Shown one piece after another: positions 63,613-64,000 of a DNA stretch of 64,000 bases. The DNA is taken from contig CM060732.1 of assembly GCA_030704615.1 (NCBI GenBank), positions 67,704,001-67,768,000 on the forward strand, read 5' to 3'. The position numbers were made by a program, and so were the translations under genes. The notes below the pieces were generated by a model that was given only the letters and a program-made list of their open reading frames with translations, was not told where the DNA came from and ran no database searches. The stretch comes from Takakia lepidozioides (lineage: Eukaryota; Plantae; Bryophyta). The number at the start of each line of letters is the position of its first letter. Position 1 is the first letter of the stretch.

Positions 63613-64000
63613 ATCGGTGCCGCCTTCTTCGTAAGCAATGATCAAACCAGAGGGATCAGGTTTGTGACAAGGGCGGTGCACCACTGCTGTCGCCATTGTC
63701 TTGATGAGCACATTAATGAGGAGATGGAGCGGCTCAGCAGGTGTTGGGAGATGAGAAATGCTGCTGTCTGTTTCTGAGCTTTAGGACCGGATCACTTTGT
63801 AAAAGAATCAGCTTGCCTTAAAGAGCGACGTTAAGGGATCTGGCTTGGCATTCTGTACAAGAGGAAGCGGTGCCGCCTTCTGGTGTGTATGGCGCTTAAG
63901 CTATCTATAATTAAGTTTTGTATCTGCTCTCTGTCTTAAAGGCTGTAGGACCAGATCACTTCATAGGGAAGGAATGCACATGTAGAAGGATAGGGTAGAG

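Overview
Eukaryotic nuclear DNA from a land plant. It is most likely a seed-free lineage with flagellated sperm such as a bryophyte; this is inferred from the H1-derived protamine-like gene, a PSTALRE-type CDKB and RTEX-like LINEs. The left ~46 kb is gene-dense. It holds an auxilin-like J-domain gene (+), a WAT1/UMAMIT EamA transporter (+), an S-protein-homologue (SPH) gene with an adjacent pseudogene (+), PPR remnants, an uncharacterised large protein with CEP126-like terminal motifs (-), a two-exon H1-winged-helix/arginine-rich protamine-like gene (-) head-to-head with CDKB (+), and a 15-exon plastid release factor 3 gene (-). Introns carry fragments of two non-LTR (RTEX-like) families. The right ~15 kb is a nest of decayed mobile DNA: an unclassified element with Helitron-like terminal hairpins, the 3' half of a Tat/Ogre-like Ty3/gypsy element (-) with two large accessory ORFs, a CACTA terminus, and the 5' part of a related Ty3/gypsy element (+) with a 2-kb mosaic tandem duplication. 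The most interesting candidates are the protamine-like gene with a possible sperm-gene neighbourhood, the accessory ORFs of the gypsy elements, and a twin-priming-type inverted LINE insertion. All exon structures were read by eye from GT-AG sites and frame continuity; no database searches were run.
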